From an uncultured Gammaproteobacteria bacterium (GTDB lineage: Bacteria; Pseudomonadota; Gammaproteobacteria; Steroidobacterales; Woeseiaceae): a stretch of 64,000 nt of DNA. Shown one piece after another: positions 11,248 through 24,934 of the stretch (position 1 is its first letter; each line of letters starts with the position of its first letter). The notes under the pieces were generated by a model. That model ran no database searches and was not told where the DNA came from. It saw nothing but the letters and a program-made list of their open reading frames with translations. The stretch spans positions 15,256-79,255 of the forward strand of contig CAWJHR010000013.1 in assembly GCA_963842765.1 (NCBI GenBank). The letters are read 5' to 3'. A program made the translations under genes and the position numbers.

Positions 11248-12960
11248 ATGGGTGCGTTTAAAGAGCCACACGGCGGTGAGCTGAAAAACCTGTATTTGCA
11301 GGGCAAGGCTGCCGCGGCGGAGAAGCAGGCGGCCGGCGAATATCCCTCCTGGGATTTAACCGAGCGGCAGCTCTGCGACATCGAGCTGCTCCTGAACGGC
11401 GCGTTCTCGCCGCTCGAGGGTTTCTTGAACCGCGACGATTACGCGGCCGTGCTCGATGGCATGCGCCTGGTGAACGGCGTGCTGTGGCCGATGCCGATCA
11501 CGCTGGATGTCAGCGAGGCATTTGCCGCTGACTTGTCATCCGGCGACAAAGTGGCGCTGCGCGATCTCGAGGGCGTGATCATTGCCACTCTCGAAGTCGG
11601 CGACATCTGGACGCCCGACAAAGAGGCTGAGGCGAAAGCGGTCTACGGCAGCAACGATGACAAGCACCCGGCCGTGCATTACCTCAAGCACGTCGCGCAC
11701 CCGGTGTACGTCGGCGGCAAGCTGACCGGCATCGAAGCGCCGATGCACTATGACTTCAAGCACCTGCGCGATACGCCGGCAGAGCTGCGGAGTCGCTTCA
11801 AGAAACTCGGCTGGCGGAAAGTCGTCGCTTTCCAGACGCGTAACCCGATGCACCGGGCGCACCAGGAAATCACCTTGCGCGCCGCGCGCGACGTCGAGGC
11901 CAACCTGCTGATTCACCCCGTGGTCGGCATGACCAAGCCCGGTGACGTCGATCACTACACCCGGGTGCGCTGCTACGAGCACCTGCTGACGCAGTACCCC
12001 GAGCAGACCAGCATGCTGTCGCTGCTGCCGCTGGCGATGCGCATGGGCGGACCGCGCGAGGCGCTCTGGCACGCCATCATTCGCAAGAACTATGGCTGCA
12101 CACACATCATCATCGGTCGCGATCACGCCGGGCCCGGACAGGACAGCAAGGGCAAGGACTTCTACGGGCCGTACGACGCCCAGGAGCTGTTGCAGGAGCA
12201 TGCAGACGAGCTCGATATCACGATGGTGCCGTTTCGCATGATGGTGTACGCGGAGAACCGTGCGCAGTACATCCCGATTGACGAAGCCACGGATGCTGAC
12301 CAGACCCTCAACATCTCCGGTACCGAGCTAAGACGGCGCCTGCAGGAAGGTCTCGAAATCCCCGAGTGGTTCTCGTTCGCCGACGTGGTGGCCGAGCTGC
12401 GTCGGACGCACCCGCCGCGCGACCGACAGGGCTTAACGGTGTTCTTCACCGGCCTGTCGGGTTCGGGCAAGTCCACCATCGCCAACGCGCTGATGTCGAA
12501 GCTGATGGAGATCGGTGGTCGTCACGTGAGCCTGCTCGACGGTGACGTCGTCCGCAAGAACCTCTCTTCAGAGCTCGGGTTCTCCAAGGAGCACCGCGAT
12601 CTCAACATCCGCCGCATCGGTTATGTGGCCAGCGAGATCACCAAAAACGGTGGCATCGCGATCTGTGCGCCGATTGCACCGTACGCGGCGACGCGCCGGC
12701 ACGTGCGCGAGACTATTGCACCGCTCGGTGGCTTTATCGAGATCCACGTATCGACCTCGCTCGAGGAGTGTGAGAAGCGCGATCGCAAGGGCCTGTACGC
12801 ACTGGCGCGCGCCGGCAAGATCAAGGAGTTCACCGGCATCAGCGATCCGTACGAGACGCCGGAGAATGCCGAGATGGTCATCGACACGATCGACATCTCG
12901 CCCGACCTCGCCGCCCATCGCATCCTCGTCAAGCTCGAGAGCATGGGGTTCATCCGCTGA
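11248..12960 (+). CDS. sat: Bifunctional sulfate adenylyltransferase / adenylylsulfate kinase (Sat-CysC fusion)
   Basis: 570 aa. ATP-sulfurylase motifs QTRNPMHRAHQ and IIGRDHAG; C-terminal APS-kinase P-loop [14 protein letters not shown] and LLDGDVVR. Confidence 0.9.
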   Translation: MGAFKEPHGGELKNLYLQGKAAAAEKQAAGEYPSWDLTERQLCDIELLLNGAFSPLEGFLNRDDYAAVLDGMRLVNGVLWPMPITLDVSEAFAADLSSGDKVALRDLEGVIIATLEVGDIWTPDKEAEAKAVYGSNDDKHPAVHYLKHVAHPVYVGGKLTGIEAPMHYDFKHLRDTPAELRSRFKKLGWRKVVAFQTRNPMHRAHQEITLRAARDVEANLLIHPVVGMTKPGDVDHYTRVRCYEHLLTQYPEQTSMLSLLPLAMRMGGPREALWHAIIRKNYGCTHIIIGRDHAGPGQDSKGKDFYGPYDAQELLQEHADELDITMVPFRMMVYAENRAQYIPIDEATDADQTLNISGTELRRRLQEGLEIPEWFSFADVVAELRRTHPPRDRQGLTVFFTGLSGSGKSTIANALMSKLMEIGGRHVSLLDGDVVRKNLSSELGFSKEHRDLNIRRIGYVASEITKNGGIAICAPIAPYAATRRHVRETIAPLGGFIEIHVSTSLEECEKRDRKGLYALARAGKIKEFTGISDPYETPENAEMVIDTIDISPDLAAHRILVKLESMGFIR

Positions 12961-13008
12961 GGGCGGAACGGTAGGGTGTCAATTCAGACGACAGGTTAGA
13001 ATGTGACG

Positions 13009-14355
13009 ATGAGCAAGAAGTTATTCATCAAGACGATGGGCTGCCAGATGAACGAGTATGACTCGGACAAGATGGCGGACGTCCTGCGCGTGTCGCACGG
13101 TTATGAGCTGACCGATAATCCTGATGATGCCGACCTGCTGCTGGTCAATACCTGCTCGATACGCGAGAAAGCGCAGGAAAAAGTTTTCTCCGAACTGGGC
13201 CGCTGGCGCAAGCTCAAGGAAAAAAACCCACAGATAAGAATCGGTGTTGGCGGCTGCGTCGCCAGCCAGGAAGGCGACGGCATTACAGCTCGCGCACCGT
13301 TTGTCGACGTGGTGTTTGGTCCGCAAACGCTGCACCGGTTGCCGGAGCTGCTCGACAACGCCGAAAAGTCCAGGGCGTCGGTCGTCGATATATCGTTTCC
13401 GGAAATCGAGAAGTTCGATCGACTGCCTGAGCCGCGCGCTGAGGGACCAACGGCGTTCGTTTCCGTTATGGAAGGCTGCAGCAAGTACTGCAGTTTTTGC
13501 GTTGTGCCGTACACGCGCGGCGAGGAAATCAGCCGTCCTTTCGATGATGTCATTGCCGAGGTGGCAACCCTCGCGAGCCAGGGCGTGCGCGAAGTCAACC
13601 TGCTGGGACAAAACGTCAACGCTTATCGTGGGCCGATGCACGATGGTGAGATTGCCGACCTGGCAACGTTGATCTACTTCGTTGCAGCCATCGAAGGCAT
13701 CGACCGGATTCGGTTTACGACCTCGCATCCGGTCGAGTTCACGGACAGCCTGATCCAGGCCTATGCGGAAGTGCCCGAGCTCGCCAGTTACCTGCATCTG
13801 CCGGTGCAGCACGGCTCCGACCGGGTGCTTGGTGCGATGAAGCGTGGCCATACGATCCTCGAATACAAGCAGAAGATTCGCAAGCTGCGGGCCGCTCGTC
13901 CGGACCTCTCGCTGTCTTCTGACTTCATCGTTGGTTTTCCCGGCGAGAGCGACAAGGATTTCGAGGCGCTTATGAATATGATCGCCGACGTCGGCTTCGA
14001 TCAGTCTTTCAGTTTCATTTACAGCGCCCGCCCGGGAACACCGGCCGCGAGCCTTGCTGACGACACGCCGATGGCGATCAAGAAGCAGCGCCTGCAAATA
14101 CTGCAGGCGCGTATCAATCAACAGGCGCTCGCGATCAGCCAGGCCATGGTAGGCACAACGCAACGCGTACTGGTTGAAAAGCTGTCCAGGAAAAGCGACT
14201 CGCAGGTTGCAGGGCGCACCGAGAATAATCGCTGGGTTAACTTCGACGCCGATCCTGCAATAATTGGCGACTTCGTTGACGTAGTGATTACCGAAGCGCT
14301 GCCAAACTCACTGCGCGCCCGGCAGGTACTTCCAAAGGTCCGGGCATCAGGGTAA
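13009..14355 (+). CDS. miaB: tRNA-2-methylthio-N6-dimethylallyladenosine synthase
   Basis: [26 protein letters not shown] matches the MiaB N-terminus; radical-SAM CSKYCSFC; TRAM domain at the C-terminus. The ORF-track start at 13003 is a GTG two codons upstream. Confidence 0.93.
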   Translation: MSKKLFIKTMGCQMNEYDSDKMADVLRVSHGYELTDNPDDADLLLVNTCSIREKAQEKVFSELGRWRKLKEKNPQIRIGVGGCVASQEGDGITARAPFVDVVFGPQTLHRLPELLDNAEKSRASVVDISFPEIEKFDRLPEPRAEGPTAFVSVMEGCSKYCSFCVVPYTRGEEISRPFDDVIAEVATLASQGVREVNLLGQNVNAYRGPMHDGEIADLATLIYFVAAIEGIDRIRFTTSHPVEFTDSLIQAYAEVPELASYLHLPVQHGSDRVLGAMKRGHTILEYKQKIRKLRAARPDLSLSSDFIVGFPGESDKDFEALMNMIADVGFDQSFSFIYSARPGTPAASLADDTPMAIKKQRLQILQARINQQALAISQAMVGTTQRVLVEKLSRKSDSQVAGRTENNRWVNFDADPAIIGDFVDVVITEALPNSLRARQVLPKVRASG

Positions 14356-14473
14356 TCTGTGGGGCAATGATCTATTGTCCTGATAGACACTGTGCGATGC
14401 GAACCGCCCATGCAGGCGTGCCCGCCGCGACGCTGACCGGCAATATTTTCCGCAGAGGTCTCAAAAACCCATC

Positions 14474-15466
14474 TTGAATGCTGTCCAGATTTCTCGAGAC
14501 GTCATACTCGAGCCCGCCGACAATAGCCGCCTTGCCAACCTGTGCGGTCAGTTCGATGAACATCTTCGCCAGATCGAGCGTCGTCTGAATGTTGAAATCG
14601 CCAGTCGCGGTAATCGTTTTCGCATCACCGGCGAGCCGGGTGCCGCCACAGTGGGTGGCGATGTCTTGTTGTCGTTGTTCGAGATGACGGATAGCGAACG
14701 CCTTGATCCGGAGCGAGTGCACATGATGTTGCAGGAGTCTTTCATGAACGATGACGACGCGGCGGCGACGGAACCGAGCGACGGGACGGAGGTCGATGAT
14801 TCGCTAATCAGCATTCAGACGCGCCGCAAATTAATACGCGCGCGCGGTGCCAACCAGGCCGGCTACCTGCGCGATATCCAGACACATGATCTCGCCTTCG
14901 GTATCGGGCCGGCGGGAACCGGCAAGACGTATCTCGCCGTCGCTTGCGCGATCGACGCGCTTGAAAACGAGCAGGTTCGACGCATCGTGCTGGTGCGACC
15001 GGCGGTCGAGGCGGGTGAGCGGCTTGGTTTTCTGCCCGGCGATTTGTCGCAAAAAGTTGATCCGTATTTACGGCCGATGTACGACGCGTTGTACGACATG
15101 ATCGGTGCGGAGCGCGTGACTCGCCTGATAGATCGCAATGTCATCGAAATAGCGCCACTCGCTTTCATGCGCGGCCGTTCGTTGAACGAGTCTTTCGTCA
15201 TTCTCGATGAAGCCCAGAATACGAGCGTCGAACAGATGAAAATGTTCCTGACTCGTATCGGTTTCGGTTCGCGCGCGGTGGTCACCGGCGATATCACACA
15301 GATCGATTTGCCGAGTGAGAAGCAGTCCGGCCTGAAGCATGCGATTAAAGTGCTGGAGGGCGTGAAGGGCGTGGCGTTTACGGCCTTCACGCGCAAAGAC
15401 GTCGTGCGGCATGAACTCGTGCGGCGCATTGTGAAGGCTTACGAAGACGCCGAACGCGAAGGTTGA
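14474..15466 (+). CDS. ybeZ: PhoH-like ATPase
   Basis: 330 aa, Walker A GPAGTGKTYLA, miaB-ybeZ-ybeY-corC-lnt synteny. The TTG start is uncertain. Confidence 0.9.
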   Translation: MNAVQISRDVILEPADNSRLANLCGQFDEHLRQIERRLNVEIASRGNRFRITGEPGAATVGGDVLLSLFEMTDSERLDPERVHMMLQESFMNDDDAAATEPSDGTEVDDSLISIQTRRKLIRARGANQAGYLRDIQTHDLAFGIGPAGTGKTYLAVACAIDALENEQVRRIVLVRPAVEAGERLGFLPGDLSQKVDPYLRPMYDALYDMIGAERVTRLIDRNVIEIAPLAFMRGRSLNESFVILDEAQNTSVEQMKMFLTRIGFGSRAVVTGDITQIDLPSEKQSGLKHAIKVLEGVKGVAFTAFTRKDVVRHELVRRIVKAYEDAEREG

Positions 15467-15475
15467 GGCGATAGC

Positions 15476-15961
15476 ATGTCTGCCAGCCCGCCAGTCATTG
15501 ATGTTGAGATCGTTAGTGACGATGCAACCGTTCCCTCGATTGACGAGATCACCGACTGGGTGCGGCGCGCACTGGACGCCGTGCCCGAGCCGCCGCAAGA
15601 CGCAGAGCTGGCGGTGCGCGTCGTCGACGCTCAAGAAATGCAGTCACTGAATTGCGAGCATCGGCAAAAAGACGTGCCCACCAACGTGTTGTCCTTTCCA
15701 ATCGGCGAGATTCAGGGTTTGCCGGCCGCTGCCGGAAATTTTCTTGGCGATATCGTGGTTTGCGCACCCGTGGTTAGTCGCGAGGCAGCCGAGCAGGACA
15801 AGCACCTCAACGATCACTGGGCACATATGCTCGTGCACGGCACCCTGCACCTGCTTGGCTACGATCACCAGATCGAAAGTGAGGCTGCGAAAATGGAAGC
15901 GCTCGAGCAGCGGGTGCTGGCGCAGCACGGTGTCCCCAATCCATATAGAGCCTCTAGCTAA
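15476..15961 (+). CDS. ybeY: rRNA maturation endoribonuclease YbeY
   Basis: Metal-binding motif HGTLHLLGYDH; size and synteny fit. Confidence 0.93.
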   Translation: MSASPPVIDVEIVSDDATVPSIDEITDWVRRALDAVPEPPQDAELAVRVVDAQEMQSLNCEHRQKDVPTNVLSFPIGEIQGLPAAAGNFLGDIVVCAPVVSREAAEQDKHLNDHWAHMLVHGTLHLLGYDHQIESEAAKMEALEQRVLAQHGVPNPYRASS

Positions 15962-15983
15962 ATAACTGATAGAATTCGAAATT

Positions 15984-16836
15984 ATGAACGACAAACCGCC
16001 AAGTACCGGCGGCTCAGGCTCTCCCGGACTGGTCGCACGCATCAAGCGTGCGATTACGGGTGAACCGCTGAGCCGCGACGAAATCCAGACATTCATTCAA
16101 TCCGAAGTAGAGCTTGATGCCGAAGAAAGGAGCATGCTTTCCGGCGTACTCGAGGTATCTGAAACGCAGGTGCGTGAGGTCATGGTGCCGCGCTCACAGA
16201 TGGTCGTCATCGATATCGAGCAGGACTTTGACGAGACGCTCGGCATGATCGTCGATTCCGGTCACTCGCGCTTCCCCGTCATCGGCGAGGATCGCGACGA
16301 GGTCCTCGGCATCCTGCTGGCGAAAGATCTGCTGCGTTATTTCGGCAGCGAGGAAGCGAAGGACGTCACCATCCGGAAGCTGTTGCGTCCTGCGGCAGTC
16401 ATCCCGGAATCAAAACGGCTGAACGCGCTGCTCAAGGAGTTTCGTGCCAGTCACAATCATATGGCCATTGTCGTTGACGAATACGGCGGTGTTGCCGGGT
16501 TGCTGACGATTGAAGATGTGCTCGAGGAGATCGTCGGGGAGATTGACGATGAGCACGACCACGAAGAGGCTGAGTTCATCCGACCGGACGGTGATCGCAA
16601 TGGCAAACCGAGTTTTGCCGTTCGCGCACTGACGCGCATCGAAGATTTCAATGAATATTTCGAACAGTGAACTGGTAGATGAGGAGTACGACACGATCGG
16701 CGGGCTGGTCATGCACGTACTCGGACGCCTGCCGCGGCGTGGTGAGAAAGTGGAGCATGGCGGTTTCGAGTTCGCTGTAATCCGGGCTGACCGACGTCGT
16801 ATCGACGCGCTGCAAGTACAACGACACGACGACTGA
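15984..16836 (+). pseudogene. corC: CorC/TlyC-family CBS-domain magnesium/cobalt efflux protein, one frame disruption in this sequence
   Basis: ORFs 15984..16670 and 16651..16836 join near 16658-16667 (RIEDFNEYF / SELVDEEYDTIGGLVMHVLGRLP). This matches the CorC CBS pair plus the CorC_HlyC C-terminal domain. Confidence 0.88.
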
Positions 16837-16840
16837 CGGG

Positions 16841-18373
16841 GTGGCGAAAGACCCGCATTTTATTTACCAGTTTCCTGCTGACCGACCGGCCCTCAGCCGC
16901 CTGGTCGTATTCATACTCGGCGCCGCGATGCCGCTGGGATTTGCGCCGTTCGGCTGGTCCTTGCTCGCGCCGCTCCTGTTATTGCCGCTGCTATTTGTCT
17001 GCCTGATCACATCGCCGCGCGATGCACAAGCGCACGCTTTCTGGTTTGGTTTCGGCATGTTCCTGACCGGCACTTACTGGATTTACATCTCGGTGCATGT
17101 GTACGGGCAGGCGGCACTCTGGATTGCGTTGCTGCTCATGATTGGCCTGGCCCTGCTCATGGCAGCGATAGTCTCGGGCGCCGGATGGTTGATTAGCCGG
17201 CTCTCGCACGGCGAACCGGCACTGTTGTTGTTCGTCGCACCGGCCGCCTGGGTACTGGCCGAGTGGGTGCGCAGCTGGATATTGACCGGCTTTCCCTGGC
17301 TGGCGCTCGGCTACGGTCAGATCGACCTGCCACTGGCAGGGTGGGCCCCGCTACTGGGGGTCTACGGCGTGTCACTCATGCTGATGATCAGCATAACGGC
17401 GCTGCTGGTGATGCTGACAGCAGCGGGCAAGCTGCGCATTGTCGCGCTGCTGGCGGTCGCACTGCCGTGGATCGTCGGAGGACTGCTGCAAAGGGCGGAG
17501 TGGACCGCACCCGCTGGCAAGCCGATCACGAGTACGATCGTCCAGGCGGGCGTCTCCCAGGATCAGAAATGGCGCCCGGACCAGCTGCTGCCAATCATGC
17601 AGTTCTATGCTCGCGCCACCGCGAGCGTGCCGGACAGCGAACTGGTCGTGTGGCCTGAAGTTGCGATCCCGTCCGTTAATGATCGCGTCGAGAGTTTCAT
17701 CAGTGCGATGGAGGCTGCAGCCGACCGCAACGGGCAAAGCGTGCTGTTCGGCATTCTCGAACGCAGTTTCGAGCAAAGCGCGGACGGCAATATCTACAAC
17801 AGCGTTTTCATCGTTGGCGGTAAAGAGCGGCAGGCTTACCGCAAGCGGCATCTCGTGCCGTTCGGCGAGTACTTCCCGGTGCCGGCCAGCGTGCGGGCCT
17901 GGATGAAGATGCAGAATCTGCCACATTCGGACCTGGCTGCGGGAGCGGCGGTGCAGCCGCTCTTGGTGGCACGCAACGGGGCGAAGCTGGCGGTCGCGAT
18001 CTGCTACGAGGATGCCTTCGGCGCCGAGCAGTTGTACGCGCTGCCGGAGGCAGGTTTGCTCGTCAATGTCAGCAACGACGCCTGGTTCGGCGACTCCATT
18101 GCGCCCCATCAACACCTGGAGATCGCGCGTATGCGCGCGCTTGAAGTCGGTCGCTTCGTGATTCGTTCGACCAACACCGGTATCAGCGCGTTCATTGATG
18201 CCAACGGCAAGTTGCTGCAAACAGGGTCGCAGTTTGAACCGCAGGTTATGACATCGGAGGTCCAGCCGCGGCAGGGTCTGACCCCGTATGCGGCGACCGG
18301 TAACCGCCTCGTCATCGGGCTGTGCCTGCTCATTATCGGCGTATTCTGGCTGCGCAGTCGCGCCGGCCTGTAG
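16841..18373 (+). CDS. lnt: Apolipoprotein N-acyltransferase
   Basis: 510 aa, N-terminal multi-TM region plus C-terminal CN-hydrolase domain (WPE...; AICYE); synteny after corC. GTG start. Confidence 0.9.
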   Translation: MAKDPHFIYQFPADRPALSRLVVFILGAAMPLGFAPFGWSLLAPLLLLPLLFVCLITSPRDAQAHAFWFGFGMFLTGTYWIYISVHVYGQAALWIALLLMIGLALLMAAIVSGAGWLISRLSHGEPALLLFVAPAAWVLAEWVRSWILTGFPWLALGYGQIDLPLAGWAPLLGVYGVSLMLMISITALLVMLTAAGKLRIVALLAVALPWIVGGLLQRAEWTAPAGKPITSTIVQAGVSQDQKWRPDQLLPIMQFYARATASVPDSELVVWPEVAIPSVNDRVESFISAMEAAADRNGQSVLFGILERSFEQSADGNIYNSVFIVGGKERQAYRKRHLVPFGEYFPVPASVRAWMKMQNLPHSDLAAGAAVQPLLVARNGAKLAVAICYEDAFGAEQLYALPEAGLLVNVSNDAWFGDSIAPHQHLEIARMRALEVGRFVIRSTNTGISAFIDANGKLLQTGSQFEPQVMTSEVQPRQGLTPYAATGNRLVIGLCLLIIGVFWLRSRAGL

Positions 18374-21377
<3,004 letters not shown>

Positions 21378-21384
21378 ACGTCGA

Positions 21385-21891
21385 GTGACCGCATCGCAGC
21401 ACAGCAAAATACTGACCGTTGACGATGTGGCGGTCGACACAATTAAAGAAGTTTTACAGCGCTATCATCTGCGGCTGGTGATCGTCGCTGCTGGTGCACC
21501 CGTGCCGGCCAGTTACTGGGGCGCACCGGAAGCCGGCATCCGGGGTAACACGATTTACGCGCGCGGTGATACGCCGGTGCATTCCATCCTGCACGAATGC
21601 TGTCATGTCATCTGCATGACGGGGCAGCGCCGCGCCGCCTTGAATCGGGATGCGGGTGGTGACGATCTCGAGGAGTCGGCGGTGTGCTATCTGCAGCTGT
21701 TGCTGGCGGATCACATTGACGGTGTCGGGCGTCAGCGACTCATGCAGGACATGGACGATTGGGGCTACAGTTTTCGCCTGGGAAGCACCTCGGCATGGTT
21801 CGAGCAGGATGCCGAAGATGCCCGTCAGTTCCTTATAAATCATGGACTTATTAGCGAGCCTGGCGACGTGACTTTCGCCGTGCGGGCCTGA
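21385..21891 (+). CDS. Hypothetical protein with HExxH motif
   Basis: 168-aa ORF (GTG start). It contains ILHECCHVIC followed about 25 residues later by DLEESAVCYLQLLLA. I recognise no family with confidence. Confidence 0.55.
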   Translation: MTASQHSKILTVDDVAVDTIKEVLQRYHLRLVIVAAGAPVPASYWGAPEAGIRGNTIYARGDTPVHSILHECCHVICMTGQRRAALNRDAGGDDLEESAVCYLQLLLADHIDGVGRQRLMQDMDDWGYSFRLGSTSAWFEQDAEDARQFLINHGLISEPGDVTFAVRA

Positions 21892-21892
21892 T

Positions 21893-22390
21893 TCAGAGAA
21901 GGGTGGGATTGGGGGCGTCGCCGTAAACCTCGGCAGGATCGAATACCTTTTCGGTTTCCGTCCATTCGAGCTCGACGTGCCCTGCGGCCTGCTTCGACTC
22001 GAAGTCGGCGCCCACCGGCACCTTGCGATAGAAGCAGCTCCGGTAGCCGACATGGCAGCTGGCACCACCGGCCACATCGACCCGTAGCCAGATGCAGTCC
22101 TGGTCGTCGTCGATCAGGAGTTCACGAACGGCCTGCACCAGACCGCTGGTCGCGCCTTTGTGCCACAGCACCTGGCGGCTGCGGCTGTAATAGTGCGCTT
22201 CGCCCGTCGTAATGGTGCGTTGCAGCGCGTCGGCGTTCATGTAGCCCTGCATCAGCACCTCGCCGCTGTCCGCGTCAGTTGTGACGACGGTGATCAGCCC
22301 ACGGTCGTCGAATTTCGGCGCGAGGTCATTACTTTCCTCGACCTGCTCGATCGTTCGACGGGCTTGAAATTTGACGGTCGCGACAGACAT
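21893..22390 (-). CDS. hisI: Phosphoribosyl-AMP cyclohydrolase (monofunctional HisI)
   Basis: 165 aa with [53 protein letters not shown]...DCIWLRVD...[10 protein letters not shown], typical HisI motifs. Confidence 0.88.
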   Translation of the reverse strand: MSVATVKFQARRTIEQVEESNDLAPKFDDRGLITVVTTDADSGEVLMQGYMNADALQRTITTGEAHYYSRSRQVLWHKGATSGLVQAVRELLIDDDQDCIWLRVDVAGGASCHVGYRSCFYRKVPVGADFESKQAAGHVELEWTETEKVFDPAEVYGDAPNPTLL

Positions 22391-22496
22391 AAGACGTCCT
22401 CAAGCATTTCTGATGCGGTGCGAAAGAATACCGATCGTAGCCGCCGGCAGCAATATTGCTATCATTGCGGCTTCGGCCCAGCAGACTTAAGACATC

Positions 22497-23877
22497 ATGA
22501 CGATACAGCTACACGACACACTCCGGGGAAAGAAAGTCCCATTCGAGCCCCTGAAGGACGGCGAGGTGACGATGTACCTGTGTGGGCCCACGGTCTACAA
22601 CTATGCGCATATCGGTAACGCGCGGCCCGCCGTGGTATTTGATTTGCTGGCGCGCGTCCTGCGGCGCCGTTACTCGCTGAGGTTTGCCCGCAATATCACG
22701 GACGTGGATGACAAGATCAATGCGGCGGCCATCGAATCCGGCAAACCGATCGACGAGATTACGGCCCGCTACATCACGGCCTACAACGACGACATGGCGG
22801 CGTTGGGCGTCTTGCCGCCCGACATCGAACCGCGTGCGACGCAGCATATCGATGCAATGATCGCAATGATTGCCAGGCTGATTGATGGCGGTTTCGCGTA
22901 CGAAGCGGACGGGCACGTGTTGTTCGATGTGTGCATCTCATGATCGCTATGGCGAACTGTCGAAACGCGACCTGCGCGAGATGATCGCCGGCTCGCGCGT
23001 CGAGGTGGCGCCCTACAAGAAAGCGGCGCACGACTTCGTCCTGTGGAAACCGTCCACGCCGGAGTTACCGGGCTGGGACTCGCCGTGGGGCAGGGGTCGG
23101 CCCGGCTGGCATATCGAGTGCTCGGCAATGGCCGAGCAGCATCTTGGCAACACCATAGATATTCACGCCGGTGGCCAGGACCTGGTGTTTCCTCACCACG
23201 AGAACGAATGTGCACAGAGCGCGTGCGCGCACGACGGCGCGCCATTCGCGCGCTACTGGCTGCACAACGGCTTCCTGAGTATCGACCAGACCAAGATGTC
23301 GAAATCACTGGGCAATGTGTTGCTCGTACATAACCTGATCGAAAGTATTCCGGGAGAGGTCATACGCCTCGCTTTGCTAAGCGCGCATTATCGCCAGCCG
23401 CTGGAGTGGTCGGCAGAAACGATCGCGTCGGCACGTCGCATGCTGGACCGTCTGTACGGCGCAGTCCGCGGCATTACAGTACCTGATGATGTCAGGGCGG
23501 CCGCCGACGTGCCCGAGCCGCTGGTCGCCGCGCTGGAGGATGATCTCAATACGCCGAAAGCGCTGGCCGAGCTGTTTGCGCTGGCGCGTGCGCTTAACAA
23601 GACCAACGATCCCGCGGAGATGGAAGCGTTAGCGGCAGAGCTGTATGCGGCCGGCGACCTGATGGGCCTGTTGACCGTCGATCCGGAGACCTGGTTTGCC
23701 GGTGACGCGGACGGCAGCCTGTCGGCGGAGGACATTGACGCGCTCATCAAGCAGCGCAATGTGGCGAAGTCCGAGCGCGATTTTGAGCGAGCCGACGCGA
23801 TTCGCGAGCAGCTCACGGCGGCAGGCATCACGATACAGGACGCGCGTGACGGCACGACCTGGCGACGCAGCGGTTAA
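22497..23877 (+). pseudogene. cysS: Cysteine--tRNA ligase, one frame disruption in this sequence
   Basis: ORFs 22497..22943 and 22882..23877 join at about 22932 ([14 protein letters not shown] / [17 protein letters not shown]). HIGH-type motif ([11 protein letters not shown]), KMSKS present (TKMSKSLGN), GWHIECS zinc site. Confidence 0.93.
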
Positions 23878-23880
23878 TTC

Positions 23881-24306
23881 ATGAGTAACGAGGTACAAGC
23901 CGCGCAGCAGGAAGTTATCGACGACTTCAGTCTTTTCGATGACTGGATGGATCGCTACCAGTACCTCATTGACCTGGGTCGGCGCCTGCCGGAATTTCCG
24001 GACGCACTGCGTACGGAGGAAAACCGCATACGCGGTTGTCAGTCGCAGGTGTGGTTCGTCGCTGAAAAAAAAGACGGGCGCCTCGAGTTTCAGGCCATCA
24101 GTGACGCTGCAATCGTGTCCGGGCTCATCGCGCTGCTGTTGCGTGTTTACTCGGGCCGACGTCCGCAGGAGATTCTGGATACGCCGCCCGACTTCGTGCA
24201 GGCATTGCAGCTGGAAAGCCACCTGAGCCCAACCCGCAGCAACGGCTTGTCCTCAATGCTGGCAGCCATTCGAGGTTTCGCGGCCGAGGCGCTTAAGGCA
24301 GCCTGA
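23881..24306 (+). CDS. sufE: SufE/CsdE-family cysteine desulfuration (sulfur acceptor) protein
   Basis: 141 aa with ...[13 protein letters not shown]..., the conserved SufE active-site Cys context. Confidence 0.8.
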   Translation: MSNEVQAAQQEVIDDFSLFDDWMDRYQYLIDLGRRLPEFPDALRTEENRIRGCQSQVWFVAEKKDGRLEFQAISDAAIVSGLIALLLRVYSGRRPQEILDTPPDFVQALQLESHLSPTRSNGLSSMLAAIRGFAAEALKAA

Positions 24307-24572
24307 TGGCGTCTTTCATCAGCCGCGCTCTGGCCTGGCCGTTGATCGGACTCGTGCAGGTCTACCGCTACCTCATTTCCCCGTGGCTGGGCGGAAATTG
24401 CCGCTATCAACCGACGTGTTCCGCCTACGCCATCGAAGCGCTGCGCCGGCACGGCGTACTGAAGGGCGGCTGGCTCGCCATCAAACGCATCGGGCGCTGC
24501 CATCCCTGGGGAGGGGGTTCCGGGTACGACCCGGTGCCGGGCACCGAGCAGGATGAGCATGAAGGCCACTGA
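24306..24572 (+). CDS. yidD: Membrane protein insertion efficiency factor YidD
   Basis: [38 protein letters not shown]...[18 protein letters not shown], the YidD signature. Its start overlaps the sufE stop (TGATG). Confidence 0.9.
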   Translation: MASFISRALAWPLIGLVQVYRYLISPWLGGNCRYQPTCSAYAIEALRRHGVLKGGWLAIKRIGRCHPWGGGSGYDPVPGTEQDEHEGH

Positions 24573-24679
24573 TGCTCGGCGCGCGGTTGTTCGGACTATG
24601 GCTGCTGCTGATGAGTTGGTGGCCGTATTGCAGCGAAATTGAGCGGCAATCGGGATCATAATCGGTACAATAACGCCCT

Positions 24680-24934
24680 ATGGATAAGCGATTGTTAACG
24701 ATATTGCGTTGCCCCGTCAGTCATAAGGGCTTGTCGATACTGAAAAAAGACACGCTCGAACAAATCAACGCCGCGATCCAGCAGGGCGAGCTTAAGAATC
24801 GCGAGGGCGAGCTGCTCGCCGAGCCGCTGGCGGAGGCCCTGATCACCGACGATGGCAAGCGCGTCTACCCGATCGATGACGGCATCCCGGTGCTGCTCGA
24901 GGGCGAGTCGATCAGCATGGAGCAGCTTGCTTGA
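24680..24934 (+). CDS. Trm112/YcaR-family small protein
   Basis: MDKRLLTILRCPVS...YPIDDGIPVLLEGE, the Trm112-like ends with an inserted middle segment. Confidence 0.7.
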   Translation: MDKRLLTILRCPVSHKGLSILKKDTLEQINAAIQQGELKNREGELLAEPLAEALITDDGKRVYPIDDGIPVLLEGESISMEQLA

